A stretch of 55,800 nucleotides of DNA, counting the filler, from Dugesia japonica (lineage: Eukaryota): assembly GCA_001938525.1 (NCBI GenBank). It is 5 parts of 5 records of this genome, joined end to end, with 100 filler letters (N's around TTAATTAATTAA, not from the genome) between each part and the next. Parts side by side here need not be neighbours in the genome. Positions count along the whole stretch, not along the records: positions 1 to 9,534 come from MQRL01498863.1; positions 9,635 to 18,325 come from MQRL01563062.1; 3 more parts are not named here. The stretch is one strand, 5' to 3'. Under the pieces are notes generated by a model that saw only the letters and a program-made list of their open reading frames with translations, made no database searches and was not told the origin of the DNA. Every line of letters begins with the position of its first letter. The stretch's first letter is position 1. A program made the position numbers and the translations under genes. Shown piece by piece: positions 1 through 11,572 of the stretch.

Positions 1-761
1 AATTAATCAAAGGTTAAATCGAAAACAGATATTTATAAACATTAACAAATGATTGGTCAATTTTAAAAGTTGATATTTAGTTGCAAAATTTAGAAGCATC
101 GAATAATCACTAAAGGTGGGCAGACGGGGGGTAACCGTTTCCATGGCAACCGTATCAAACCTAGGTTTGTACAGCACAATATAAGTATGCGAAATATTTG
201 GATTCTAAATTGAAACCATTAGGAATTCTAATTTTGAATGTAAGGACAGTTTTGAGTTGGTAAATTTTATCTCAAATTCTGTTTTAAGTAATAATGATGA
301 GTTTGTGGTATCTTGATGTTTCTAGCTTATTCACTAATGTTACTTTTTGCTGGAAATAATAGATCTTTTTTGTGATTTATTGGAGAATAATTTGAGTGAT
401 CATTCTGAATTGAATATAGCTGCCTTTCGTGAATTGTTGACTTATGCAATGGCTAATGTTTCGTTTCTGTTTAACAATGAATGGTATAAACAGATTGATG
501 GAATGGCTATGGGTTCTGACTTTGGCTCCGACATTAGCATCAATTTTCTTGAAATAGCTTGTAGAACGAATGAACTGGTATTCTTTGAGTAAGCCTCTTA
601 CTTACAAAAGATATGTTGACGATGTTTTACTTATTTTTGGTAATCGTAAACATATTTTGCCTTTCCAGAGTTGTATGAATTCGTTACATCCCAATATTAG
701 ATTTACTGTAGAGGAGGAAAGAAATGATATTTTGCCTTTTTTGGATATTTTAATAGAAAGG
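1..761 (+). repeat. Direct repeat, copy 1 (copy 2 at 8774-9534)
   Basis: Appears identical to 8774-9534 (offset 8773); the ORF translations are identical. Confidence 0.95.
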
Positions 762-800
762 GAATCAACACATTATGAGACTGAAATTTACATAAAGAAA
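165..800 (+). mobile_element. Penelope-like retroelement reverse transcriptase fragment (frameshifted)
   Basis: Translates to YAKYLDSKLKP..VKDSFE..DVSSLFTNV, YKQIDGMAMGS, YKRYVDDVLLIF, NSLHPNIRFTVEEE..LPFLDILI, which are typical PLE RT motifs. Confidence 0.9.
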
Positions 801-911
801 AGTGAGAGTAGAGCATAGTGGAATAAATTAAAATTAAAATATGGAGTAATTTGTAAAATTGTTTTGGAATGGATCACTATAGTATTTTTAAAGTAGTATT
901 TATTTAGTAAA

Positions 912-1316
912 ATGGAACAGAAACAAATAACAATGAGTGGACGACTAACAGTAAATGTGGATCTAGATGACGTCGACAGAGCAATTACAGAGGAACCAGT
1001 ACAAACTCATACCCAACTGCTTAATCAACCTTTAAACCCTTATTTTACAATAAAAAACTTGTGGGATGAACATTGCAGAAACGTAATGAGAAATTCAGAT
1101 GTACTAAACGAACAATTACAACAGACCCAANNNNNNNNNNNNNNNNNNNNNNNNNNNNNNNNNNNNNNTGTGATGCAGATACACCGATTGAATAAAATAG
1201 TGGAGAATCAGAGACGGCAGATTACCGAGAATCAGAATTTTTAACTGCAAACCCTGAGCGGAACTAACAAAATTGTAGAGGATCTGAGACACCAAGTCTC
1301 AAATTCTTCCATTTAA
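912..1316 (+). pseudogene. Short coiled-coil ORF, probably retroelement accessory gene
   Basis: ATG 5 nt after TATTTAG; Q/E/N-rich heptads; reading continues past one stop at about 1242. Confidence 0.4.
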
Positions 1317-2267
1317 TTTGAGTTGGTTTTTCATGTCCTGAGCTATATTATTTTAAATAATTTTCTGTTGTTGTTGGATTGCTTATTTGAGCCTTCGGGC
1401 TTTAATTCTTTAATTATTAATTTCTTTGAGCATTTTATTGTTGATTATTATTTATTTTCCGTTTTTCGCTCTTCTGATATTAATTTTCGTTCAATAATTT
1501 TTTGAATTATTATTCCTTTTCTATCTGTCTCCAGTTATTAGTTATAGTCATTCTTTAACCACGGAATTTATCATTTGAGCATTCTCTTTATTCATCGTCT
1601 TCGTGAGCACTTTTAATGATTCTTTATCTTTCCGAGTTATTATTATACCAAGTGGACAAAATTTATTATTGTTATTACCAAGTTACAAATTCATAGTGCA
1701 GAGCTTATCCTATCTCAAATTAACCGATTACCGAGCGTATCCACAATCCTGAACACTATCGAGACGAGCGAGAGGATGTGGTACGGAGAAAAGAGTAACG
1801 TATGACAACGGATGCCAAGATGTAGAGTATTGTAATGTATGTGTTAAATAGTAACTGTGTTACTATGCAAAAAAAATAAATAATCAAAAACAGTAAAAGT
1901 ATCGTATAAGTAGAGTGGCAATCATATATATTTAATCAGTGCGTAATCAGCATAATCCCGATTTGTATATACAATGTATGAGTATTTTCGAAAAGTGTGA
2001 AGTGTTGATGTGGAGGTGATAATGATGGTGTGTAAATGGCCCAATGAGGAGTGGCATATGGTGTATCTATGAGTGCGATACTCGGTAAAATTGTAAATAA
2101 ACTTAAAGTTCGGATACAGTACAGTAACAGTAGTAAGGAGAACAATATTAATCTAATTTGTAATATCAGTTCAATTAACATTTGATTAACCAGTAAATTC
2201 TATAATCAGTACTCCCAATGTCTTAATGTATAAATATTTCATGTTTACCTGTATTTTAATTAAGAGA

Positions 2268-3167
2268 ATGGCATCCAGATATCAACACCGTATGAATCGG
2301 CAACGAGTTGTGATTAAAAGATATTACGAGAAAAGCAACCGAATCAGCGACGACAACTCCAGTATATATTGGGAATCGAAATCCGATGAGAATAAAACGA
2401 GTGAACAGCTAAGCGGTGGCGAGTCACCGAAATTACAGTCAAAGGTACTTGAATTAGAGAAGCAGGTTGAGAAGTTGGAAGTCAAGTTGAAACAATCACA
2501 ATCCCAACCCCAAAGCCACGAAAAACGATTTTTTGAAATAGAACAATCCCGTGCTCAGTGAAAAAAGACATGTTTGGCCAGAGAAGAGAAAATACATCAA
2601 CTACAAATGGAGTTATCATCCCTGCAAAAAAGACATCTTGATCAAGTTAGAGAGTTAGAAACTGAGATCAAATGGCAGAGTAAAAAGATCAAAATGCTTG
2701 AGAAAACCATAGAGTATAATAATGAAATCAGAAATNNNNNNNNNNNNNNNNNNNNNNNNNNNNNNNNNNNNNNNNNNNNNNNNNNNNNNNNNNNNNNNNN
2801 NNNNNNNNNNNNNNNNNNNNNNNNNNNNNAACAGGATGTGATCGAAATTCAGAATTTAGAAAATGCCGTAAAGCATCTACACGATGAGAATGTGCTTCTA
2901 AAAGAAATTCCCATCCGAGTGGTAATTCCACCACGTCAAAGTAAACCAATAAACCGCGAGCAGACGTTTTATACCTACAAAACCAATGGGCGACTTGTAG
3001 CCCCACAAATTAGTTTACTCGATCAGCGAGCCATTCAGAACAGACAAACCCAACCATCCCATTCCGAATCCAGCAGGTCAAATACGTTCTACCCCACGAC
3101 TTCAGAAAATGCACAAACGCAATGGCCATATTCAGCGTCCGAAGAGGATCTGTTCTGGAGTCGATAA
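2268..3167 (+). pseudogene. About 300-codon SMC-like coiled-coil ORF with one internal stop
   Basis: ORFs 2226-2561 and 2574-3167 are in the same frame, separated by a single TGA; long heptad region; ATG just after TTTTAATTAAG. Confidence 0.5.
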
Positions 3168-3743
3168 ATCTTTCGTGTCGAGCAGTTCTATGTTGCGTGT
3201 AAACTATGTAAATATTTATCGTAATGTGTGAAACTATTCATATTTGTGTCTCTGACAATTCCATACCAAAATGTCCTCTGACAGTTCAATACTGTCTGTT
3301 GGGTCGTCTTGAGTGTATTCTGCAGTTCTATGCTGCCAATCTCTCCTGAGCTATGCTGCTATCTCCAAGTCAAAGGTGTTCTCCAAATTCATTCTGTCCA
3401 TCAAGAGAAGATTCAAACTCTTGAACTTTATGATTGTATTGTGATCCAAGTGTGAGATAAATTCGACATTGTTTAATTATAATGCAGGGATCCAGGTATT
3501 AAAATGACAATTATGATGTAGATAAAGAACATAGAATTGATTCAGTGATTTAAATTGATTTTTTTTAAAAATCTGCATGTGTATTTCTTATATTTGATTA
3601 AAATAATATATTTTCAATTTTGTTATTTTTCTTCTTATTTCTTATCTGTATGTATTTTTTGACAAATTAGATTCTTGCTTGAGGGATCTTTTGACCAGTG
3701 TAAGTGACAACCGAGCTTCCCTAAAATCAAGGGTGCGAAATAA

Positions 3744-3839
3744 AGTAGATAGGAGTTAGAAGAGTAGGTGAAGAAATTGTTACAGAAGGAATTTTGAGAG
3801 AAATTCCGGGGCGGAACTTTTTCGAGGCCCCCAGTATTT
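3744..3839 (+). mobile_element. Probable Polinton terminus (AGTAG start) interrupted by element A
   Basis: AGTAGATAGGAG...AGTAGGTGAAG resembles the terminus at 18103 (AGTAGATAGATAGGAG...AGTAGGTCAAAG). Confidence 0.4.
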
Positions 3840-5214
3840 TGTTGAGCTGGAACACCAACATTAGACGAGGAACTAAAGAAATAAAGAAGGGTGAAAATAT
3901 ATAAGATAAAGAAGGATATGCACCAAAATCGATGATCTGGACCAAAATATTATTAAGAAAAGCATTATTATTATTATTATGGTTATTATTATTATGTAGT
4001 TATCATTATTATAATTATCATGGTGCGTTTTAAAAATTATCGAAAAAATGAAAATTAGGCGTAGGGGACCCAAATTTAGTGGGACGAAACTGAAAGTTAT
4101 ATGTAACAAAAGGCAATTATAGAATAAATAATAAAAATAATATACGCTAATATAATAAATTATTAAAGAGGCCTCTGTGACCCAATTTCATTATTATAAT
4201 AACGCTGTATCGCGTTTAATATTAATAATTATTATAATTACGACTGGTCCAATCATCACTGTCCTTGTCTAGCTGATAAAATAACACGAAAATAATCAGC
4301 AGTTTAGCTGACTCATTCCCTGCTAGATAAGGACTTGGCCTAACAACTAACCAATTCGTCACATAGGTCATATGAGGTGATGACCAAGATTTGTCAGAAT
4401 GCAAAAGTATGAGTTCGTGTGCAGAGGTACTGAGATATGCACACTGAATTCGAGCCTACAACAGCCAATCAGGAGAACAAACATCAGCATCGCATTGGCC
4501 GGTCAATTGAGGGCACAACAATCGCTTGTTGTTACAATGAATAAAAAGAGATGAAGAGAAAAATGATGGCCATTAATTCAAAACAAAAAATTTTTTTTAA
4601 AATAAATTAAAATTGATCTTAGCGACCATTTATAACGAAATAAAAGAAATTTTTAAAGAAAAAATTATCAAACTNNNNNNNNNAACTACCGATTAGAAGC
4701 GAAAAGAAGATAATTGCGGATAAACTTACCAGGAGAAGATAATCATAATTCAGAGTAAAATTTAATTTTATTTTTATTTGCAGTGATAATTATTATCCTG
4801 GGGGAGTGCCATTCACAGTGATTGTTTTCCAATTAGTGATCGGGCTCCTACTAAAAGCAAATATGTTATGTGGGTTAGGTTAAATTCGGGAATGAGGTTG
4901 CAGATGAGGAAGGAGATGAGATTTAATTTATGCCAACGTTAGAGAGCAATATCCAGAGTAAAAATAGGAGTTGTGAGGTCGATAGATGAGAGAAGAGTAA
5001 TTGAAAAAAAGGAAAATTCTGTTAGGATTTGGAAAGAAAATATTGCTGAGCCCGATCAGTCAGAGGAGGACGATCATTAATGCCCCATAGGGATGACTTT
5101 CGAATTTTTGTTTGTTACGATTGGTAGTCGGATTATTAGGCATGTTGTACAGGTTCCAATTTAATTTTAATTTGTTTTATTGTTTTAATTAAAAGTTTTA
5201 CGTTGAATAAACAC

Positions 5215-5495
5215 TTGATAATTTTGATTTTTATTATGTTATCAGTAATATTATTATTATTAATAGGAAATTTAAGATTCGAATTTTAAATAATGCAGTG
5301 CCTAATTTCAGTTATTTTATAGAAGTGTTTAGATTGACTATTTGATAATTTTGATTATTTTTTATGTTATCGTTAATATTACTATTATCCATAGGAGATT
5401 TAAGATTCGATTATTAACATTATTATTGCTGATATGAGATTTAGTATTCGATTTTAAATAATGCACTGCCTAATCTAAATTATTTTATGGAATTG
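5215..5495. repeat. Imperfect tandem duplication (about 125-150 bp, 2 copies)
   Basis: TTGATAATTTTGATT...TTTAAGATTCGA...TTTTAAATAATGCA.TGCCTAAT occurs twice. Confidence 0.75.
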
Positions 5496-5972
5496 ACTGT
5501 AGTTGATCACTAGCCAAATGTTCACTTCAAATTATGCATAAACAAGGCATAGTTTCGATCATTTTCTTAAGCCGATGTTATTCGACCATCCATGTAATGT
5601 TAGCTGTAAATGAAAGAATTTACTCGGATTATTACCTCCACGTTTTTAGTATTAATATTGGTATTACTGAGCAGTTCCGGGAAGTATGACATAAATCAGA
5701 GTAAATCAACGGGATGTCCAACGATGAGATCGAAGTTGTTTTTGCCCTAGACTGATAGGGAATTTCGTCATAGAGCTTGACCATGGCGAGAACGAGAAAA
5801 GATGTTTGCGATGAGGGAACATCTTTTCTGGTTCACGTCATGAAGCGGTGGAAAAGTTATAATAGGCCACAGGCCGAAGAAACGTTTTATTAATTCAAAT
5901 TTTGCCTTGTTACTTATAAATCTTATTTAATGTTGTAATGAAAATAGTTGATAAATTTATTTACCAGAAATA

Positions 5973-6403
5973 ATGACCGAATATTACCAGCCACATATCC
6001 CATTGGTACTCACCAATGATGCAGAGGAAGGAACGTTCTGGTTCCCTGGAGGAATACCGTAGAACTATTGGAGGAGCAGCGTGGTAAATATGAGAAAGAA
6101 AAGGCGGAGACGCTCGGCAAAGGAGGGCAGTTGGTAGCCTAATTCCGAGTGATCAAGCAGCGGCTGATTGACACCCAAAGTTCTCTTCAACGATGCCAGC
6201 AGGAGAACCAACAACTTCGCCAGGAAATGCAGTTGATCCAGGAAGGGGTAGAAAAATTAATTTAGTGCCACACCGAGAGTGGTGCACTATTGGGACACAT
6301 CAAAGATAAGCTCCTATTGAAGAACCCCGAGGGTGTTGCAAGGAGTTCCAACTCCCCAATTCCTCTCATTGTAAAAGTGGAGTCGTTGGCAAGGATTGAA
6401 TAA
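5973..6403 (+). pseudogene. Cassette ORF (coiled coil) in element A
   Basis: Acceptor TTTATTTACCAG (5967), ATG at 5973, degenerate frame ..IKQRLIDTQSSLQRCQQENQQLRQEMQLIQEGVEKL..; stop overlaps AATAAA at 6402. Confidence 0.55.
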
Positions 6404-6715
6404 TAAATGTTTACCTGTGACCGAATTGTGTTTTATTTGTTTCATTTTAAGCGATTAAACTCCAGTGATATGTACGTCACTTGTTTACTAAATAAATTGA
6501 GTCTATCGAGGTAGCAAGGAGTGGAATAGGTACTATCTAGCCACTAGTTTTGAATAAGACCTTGGTCACTGTGGAAAATTTATTCAGTGGGGTAAATCAA
6601 CATATAGCTTAGTTTTCTTTATAAATTGTACTAATTTACATCGCATTGCTTATATCTCATATTGTCCTTATGATTAATAACATGAATGTCAAATGAATAA
6701 TATCTAACATTTCAG

Positions 6716-7038
6716 TGAACAATTCAAACGACACCAAGGTACCACGAGGTAATGGAATCGACGCGCCGCACCGGTGGAAAGAGGAACGGCGATAACTAAA
6801 AAATGAGATTCTGCGGCTGAAAGGACAGGTCCAGAAGTCGGCGGCCAAGTACAACCAAATCAAAGAGAAGGAGCTATCCCTTCAACTCGCCAACAGGTTA
6901 ATGGCTGATGTCATTAAGACATACGCCGATAGAGAGAGTTCGATGTTTGTGACCTTGCGAACTCTCTGGTTGAACTATCGAGCGCCCGATCAAACGAACG
7001 ATCCGCCAGAACCAACAGTGGATTTGGACGCTGATTGA
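6716..7038 (+). pseudogene. Cassette ORF of the DRE/YADRESS coiled-coil family
   Basis: CTAAC branch point plus ATTTCAG acceptor (6715); frame ..LQLANRLMADVIKTYADRESSMFVTLRTLW.. with one internal stop; AATAAA at 7056; homologs at 27871 (minus) and 37011. Confidence 0.7.
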
Positions 7039-8286
7039 GGAGCTTGTATGTATAAAATAAATGTTATAAATTGTGACTGAAGCGTTATTATTTCTTGTTA
7101 CGAATTATTGGGAGGATAAAGTTTCTAAGAAGTGGAGCGGTGGTAATCCGACCTTTTCTTACTGAGTACGTGAGAGTTTTGTTGTCAGGGTTCACGGATC
7201 GATGAATAAGACGCGATATCGCAAAGTCGCGCTGGACCCGAGGAAAGAGAGGGGCACATCACAGAGGTGATGCAAACGCTTGTGGTTTTTATGTTGCCCC
7301 TAGATCAGATGACAAATTCTTAAAATGATTGAGAATGAAGAGAAATTTTTTTTTTTGTTAAAAATAAAAATCCTAAAAACCCAACAGTATATTAGATTTT
7401 AGACTAGAGACTTTTCTATTCGCATTCTGAACCAAAAGCTTTATATTAGTTTTATACTAATTAATATTAAAAAAAATTACTATCAATATAAATAAATTAA
7501 ATTTTTATGAAATATTGTAGAACACAGAAACAAGTTGTATTAAAGATTTTGTAAAAAAAATCTATTTTGAAAAGTTATATTGAAATCAAAATAATTGCAA
7601 AAAATTTTAAACAATAAAATTGATGAAAATAATTTTAATTTGGAAAATATATCTACTTGGTGTTTTTATTATAAAATTATCTTACAAGAAAAACATGTTT
7701 CAAATTAATAGTTAATAGTATTTGGACGATTTTCTAACATTCATTATATTAACAACTATAATAGTAATAATAATATTAATAATAATTTATATTATTTTGC
7801 ATTTTTTCATCAAAAATAAATAAAAAGGTAAAAGCGATAATTAAAATCATAAATGACAGTGTGATGTAATCAAATTGTGTAATTATTATGATAACTGAAA
7901 ACTGTAAACGAAATTCAACGCCACATGTTGAAAGAACAAAGATGCAACATGATAAATTATTGAGGTCGATATCAATTTTTGATTTTTGGCATAATTTTTT
8001 GTCAAGAAATAATCTTATTTAATAGGTTGTGAATATTAAATGAAACATGTTAATTTGATTTGTTAAATTTATTGGTTAATTGTTTATGATTTTATTTAGA
8101 TTTATAATTTTTTATAAATATTTCTTTATCGGTTATCATTTAAATAATAAAAATTACCTTTAATTAGATATTCCGATTCTCTAAAATCCATAGTTAAATT
8201 ATTAGTAAAAAATGAAATTTCGTTAAATTAAATTTGATTTTTAATTGAATATTTAAACAAACTAAAAATTGAATGTATTTTAAAAT

Positions 8287-8546
8287 ATTAATTTTATTTA
8301 TTATGTTTATTTAATATATCTTATATTTGAAGTATTGCAAGTATTGTGAGTATTTTGATAATACCATTTGCCGATAATATTACATGGATTTTATAATATT
8401 AATTTTATTTATCATATTTATTTATTAAATCTTATACTTTGAGTAATGCTAGTATTGATAGTATTTTGATAATAGTATTTGCTGCTAATATTGCTGGCAT
8501 TTAATGATATTAATTTTATTTATCATATTTATTTGTTAAATCTTAA
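8287..8546. repeat. About 111 bp tandem repeat, roughly 2.4 copies
   Basis: ATTAATTTTATTTAT...GTATTTTGATAATA units start near 8287, 8398 and 8509. Confidence 0.75.
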
Positions 8547-8773
8547 TTCATCCTGGTGATGATGATAAACAATGTTCGATGAGTGACGCTCATCAATAAA
8601 ATCCAGATTCCTACCTAGATAAAAAAGAGATAAACTCAAAGTTCTACAGGAACTACAAAAGAGAAACAGTGTAATCGTGCTGTTAGTAAGTGGTTTGTTT
8701 CATTTTTCTTTACGCTCTTGTTGATTTCAGATTTAATCGTAATATGTTCATGAGACAATTCCAGAAATCGGAT

Positions 8774-9534
8774 AATTAATCAAAGGTTAAATCGAAAACA
8801 GATATTTATAAACATTAACAAATGATTGGTCAATTTTAAAAGTTGATATTTAGTTGCAAAATTTAGAAGCATCGAATAATCACTAAAGGTGGGCAGACGG
8901 GGGGTAACCGTTTCCATGGCAACCGTATCAAACCTAGGTTTGTACAGCACAATATAAGTATGCGAAATATTTGGATTCTAAATTGAAACCATTAGGAATT
9001 CTAATTTTGAATGTAAGGACAGTTTTGAGTTGGTAAATTTTATCTCAAATTCTGTTTTAAGTAATAATGATGAGTTTGTGGTATCTTGATGTTTCTAGCT
9101 TATTCACTAATGTTACTTTTTGCTGGAAATAATAGATCTTTTTTGTGATTTATTGGAGAATAATTTGAGTGATCATTCTGAATTGAATATAGCTGCCTTT
9201 CGTGAATTGTTGACTTATGCAATGGCTAATGTTTCGTTTCTGTTTAACAATGAATGGTATAAACAGATTGATGGAATGGCTATGGGTTCTGACTTTGGCT
9301 CCGACATTAGCATCAATTTTCTTGAAATAGCTTGTAGAACGAATGAACTGGTATTCTTTGAGTAAGCCTCTTACTTACAAAAGATATGTTGACGATGTTT
9401 TACTTATTTTTGGTAATCGTAAACATATTTTGCCTTTCCAGAGTTGTATGAATTCGTTACATCCCAATATTAGATTTACTGTAGAGGAGGAAAGAAATGA
9501 TATTTTGCCTTTTTTGGATATTTTAATAGAAAGG
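8774..9534 (+). mobile_element. Second copy of the X-box segment plus Penelope RT fragment, truncated by contig end
   Basis: Duplicate of 1-761. Confidence 0.9.
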
Positions 9535-9634
9535 NNNNNNNNNNNNNNNNNNNNNNNNNNNNNNNNNNNNNNNNNNNNTTAATTAATTAANNNNNNNNNN
9601 NNNNNNNNNNNNNNNNNNNNNNNNNNNNNNNNNN
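9535..9634. other. Artificial contig linker (N-TTAATTAATTAA-N)
   Basis: Six-frame stop linker flanked by N runs; the same construct occurs near 18370, 31985 and 43750. Confidence 0.95.
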
Positions 9635-10327
9635 TTTAGAAAAACAAGTATTAAATCATCAAAACCATGGTCTCTATGTGGTCCTTTGCAACTAGATTTC
9701 ATGGATCATCCAAAGTATCTTTTTCCAGGTGTTAATCCTCCGATTCGATTAAAAAGAGCAAACCCCAGAATGTGTTTAGAATCTCAAATTGATGAACCAA
9801 AACATTAATTATTGGATGCAAAACTAATGGGAAGAAGAGCTCGAGTAAATTCATCAGTACTAACAGATCATTAAATTGGATTAACAAAACAAAATGCTAT
9901 TTATCCAATAAAAACCAAGGAAATTGTATCATTTTCATCATTTTATAAGGAGCAAATCTATGGAGATCATCGATTGCCAAACTTTATTCTAGTTTCATTT
10001 CAAGATGGCGAACGATATAAAGGAAGCTATAAAATACGAAGCTCACTTTTCGATAATTTCAATGTTACATCATTAACTCTATCAAGTAACGGCGAGTACA
10101 GAGTGACTTACACACAAGACTTTAAAAATGATGATAATAGTACATCAAATATGCAATCAATAGTTAGAAATTTGGGATATCTTAACAAGAATATGAATTG
10201 TGGAATAACAATTGAAGATTTTAAAACCAAATATTCATTTTTAACTTTTGTGCTAGCTCCAGATTTTGATATTAATCAGAGTCAATTACCGATGCTGGGA
10301 AATATTAAGCTAGATGTAAAATTTGAA
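9635..10327 (+). mobile_element. Polinton/adintovirus major capsid (hexon-like double jelly-roll) gene, degenerate C-terminal half
   Basis: SKPWSLCGPLQLDFMDHPKYLFPGV..IRLKR; YKGSYK...FDNFNVTSLTLSSNG; CGITIEDF..YSFLTFVLAPD..GNIKLDVKF. Confidence 0.8.
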
Positions 10328-11572
10328 ATCAAAGTGGTCAAGTCGAGGGAGTCGGCAACGGTTAATTCGGATCGACTACTGAGATGGATCGACGGTGAAC
10401 ATCAGTAATTAAAATGAAGTCGAGTAAATCATGACAGGGATTGTGCAAGGTCAAAGAAATTGAAATTGACTTGTGTTTTTCGTGGCGTGAAAAACATTGA
10501 GTAAACGTCAGAGAAAAGTCGAGTGAAATGTGGGGAGAGATTCAGAAAGTCAGGGTAAAATAAAACTGATTTTTGTTTTACTTTCCATCAACTAAAAGAG
10601 ATAATTTCAAATGAGGGTAGAAGTTCGGATAGTCAGAGAAACAACAAACTGATACTCGAATTTCTGTTCTTGTGAAATAACGAGTAATTATCAAGGAGAT
10701 AAATGAGATGAGATTGAATGAGTCGGTTGGAAGCAATTAGAAAATAAAGAAAATAACAAATTGATTTTGAATTGCTTTAGACAGTAGTATCAACATCAAA
10801 GGATCGGTGATATAAATCGAATTACAGGTAATTTTAATATTGACAAAGAAATAGATGTGACAAACTCTGAGATACTAAGAAACATGATGAAATCAAAGAA
10901 AAAATAGTGTTATGCAAGAAATCAAAGCAAAAGTCAATGATAATAAAATGATAATGAATGCGGAATTCAGATAAAATGCTCAGCAAAGNAANGTGGGAAA
11001 GGAATAAANTTAAATTTGTAAAATTAAAGGTGTGCATAACGAATTAAGAGAGTAAAGTAACATTAATAAATCGGATAATTGTGCAGTGTGTAAAAATGAG
11101 ACTTAAATATGTGTATATGTTAGTTACAAATAGAAGTATAATAAAGTAAACGATAACAAGTGTTAGTAAATTGATAAAGTGTGTAATGAGAACTAATGAA
11201 GTGTGTATTGAGAGTTAACTAAGTATGTGTTATGAACTAACAAAGTATGTATTGTGAAGTAATAGAGTATATTGTGTGTGTAATAAATAGTGTGAGTATG
11301 AATTAAAAAGCTAATGCAAATTACTAATAAATGCATAATAAAGTGATATAATTGGAGTGTATCATATTTTTCTTTCAAATTATTCATAAAATCAAACGAT
11401 CAAGAACTCAATCAGATAATTCACCATTGATATTTCAACTGACAGATACAATCTACAAAATACGACAAAGGATCAGAAATATTATTCGAGTAAAAAATCA
11501 CATCCATCCAAGACACAGAGATCAGCATCGCTCAATCCTCAAAGCAAAACCCCATACGATAAATCAATCTTA

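Larger units (their letters stand above)
3840..7386 (+). mobile_element. Element A: 3.55 kb TGTTG...CAACA element (probable giant solo LTR) with an array of short ORF cassettes
   Basis: Starts TGTTGAGCTGGAACACC, similar to TGTTGGGGTGAAACACC at 33460; ends CCCAACA; flanks GTATTT/GTATAT (5 of 6 match, candidate TSD); CCAAT cluster at about 4250-4500. Confidence 0.65.

Noticed and set aside
3689-3740. TGTAAG as alternative start of element A
   Set aside because: No matching end with a TSD; 3840 matches element B better and gives a candidate TSD.
5865-5890. Hammerhead ribozyme candidates (GGCC-ACA-GGCC-GAAG here; CTGAAGA at 47158 and 23062)
   Set aside because: The conserved core (CUGANGA, stem II, GAAA) could not be completed at any site.
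6716-6730. Flatworm spliced-leader terminal AUG supplying the start codon of the cassettes
   Set aside because: AUG joined at 6716 is followed immediately by TGA. Cassette phases vary and several have their own ATG, so this specific model is unsupported.
9535-9634. Recurrent TTAATTAATTAA between N runs (also near 18370, 31985, 43750)
   Set aside because: Artificial contig linker; adjacency across it has no biological meaning.
10332-10350. TGGTCAAGTCGAG as primer-binding site of the gypsy element
   Set aside because: No upstream LTR end and no tRNA match I can support.
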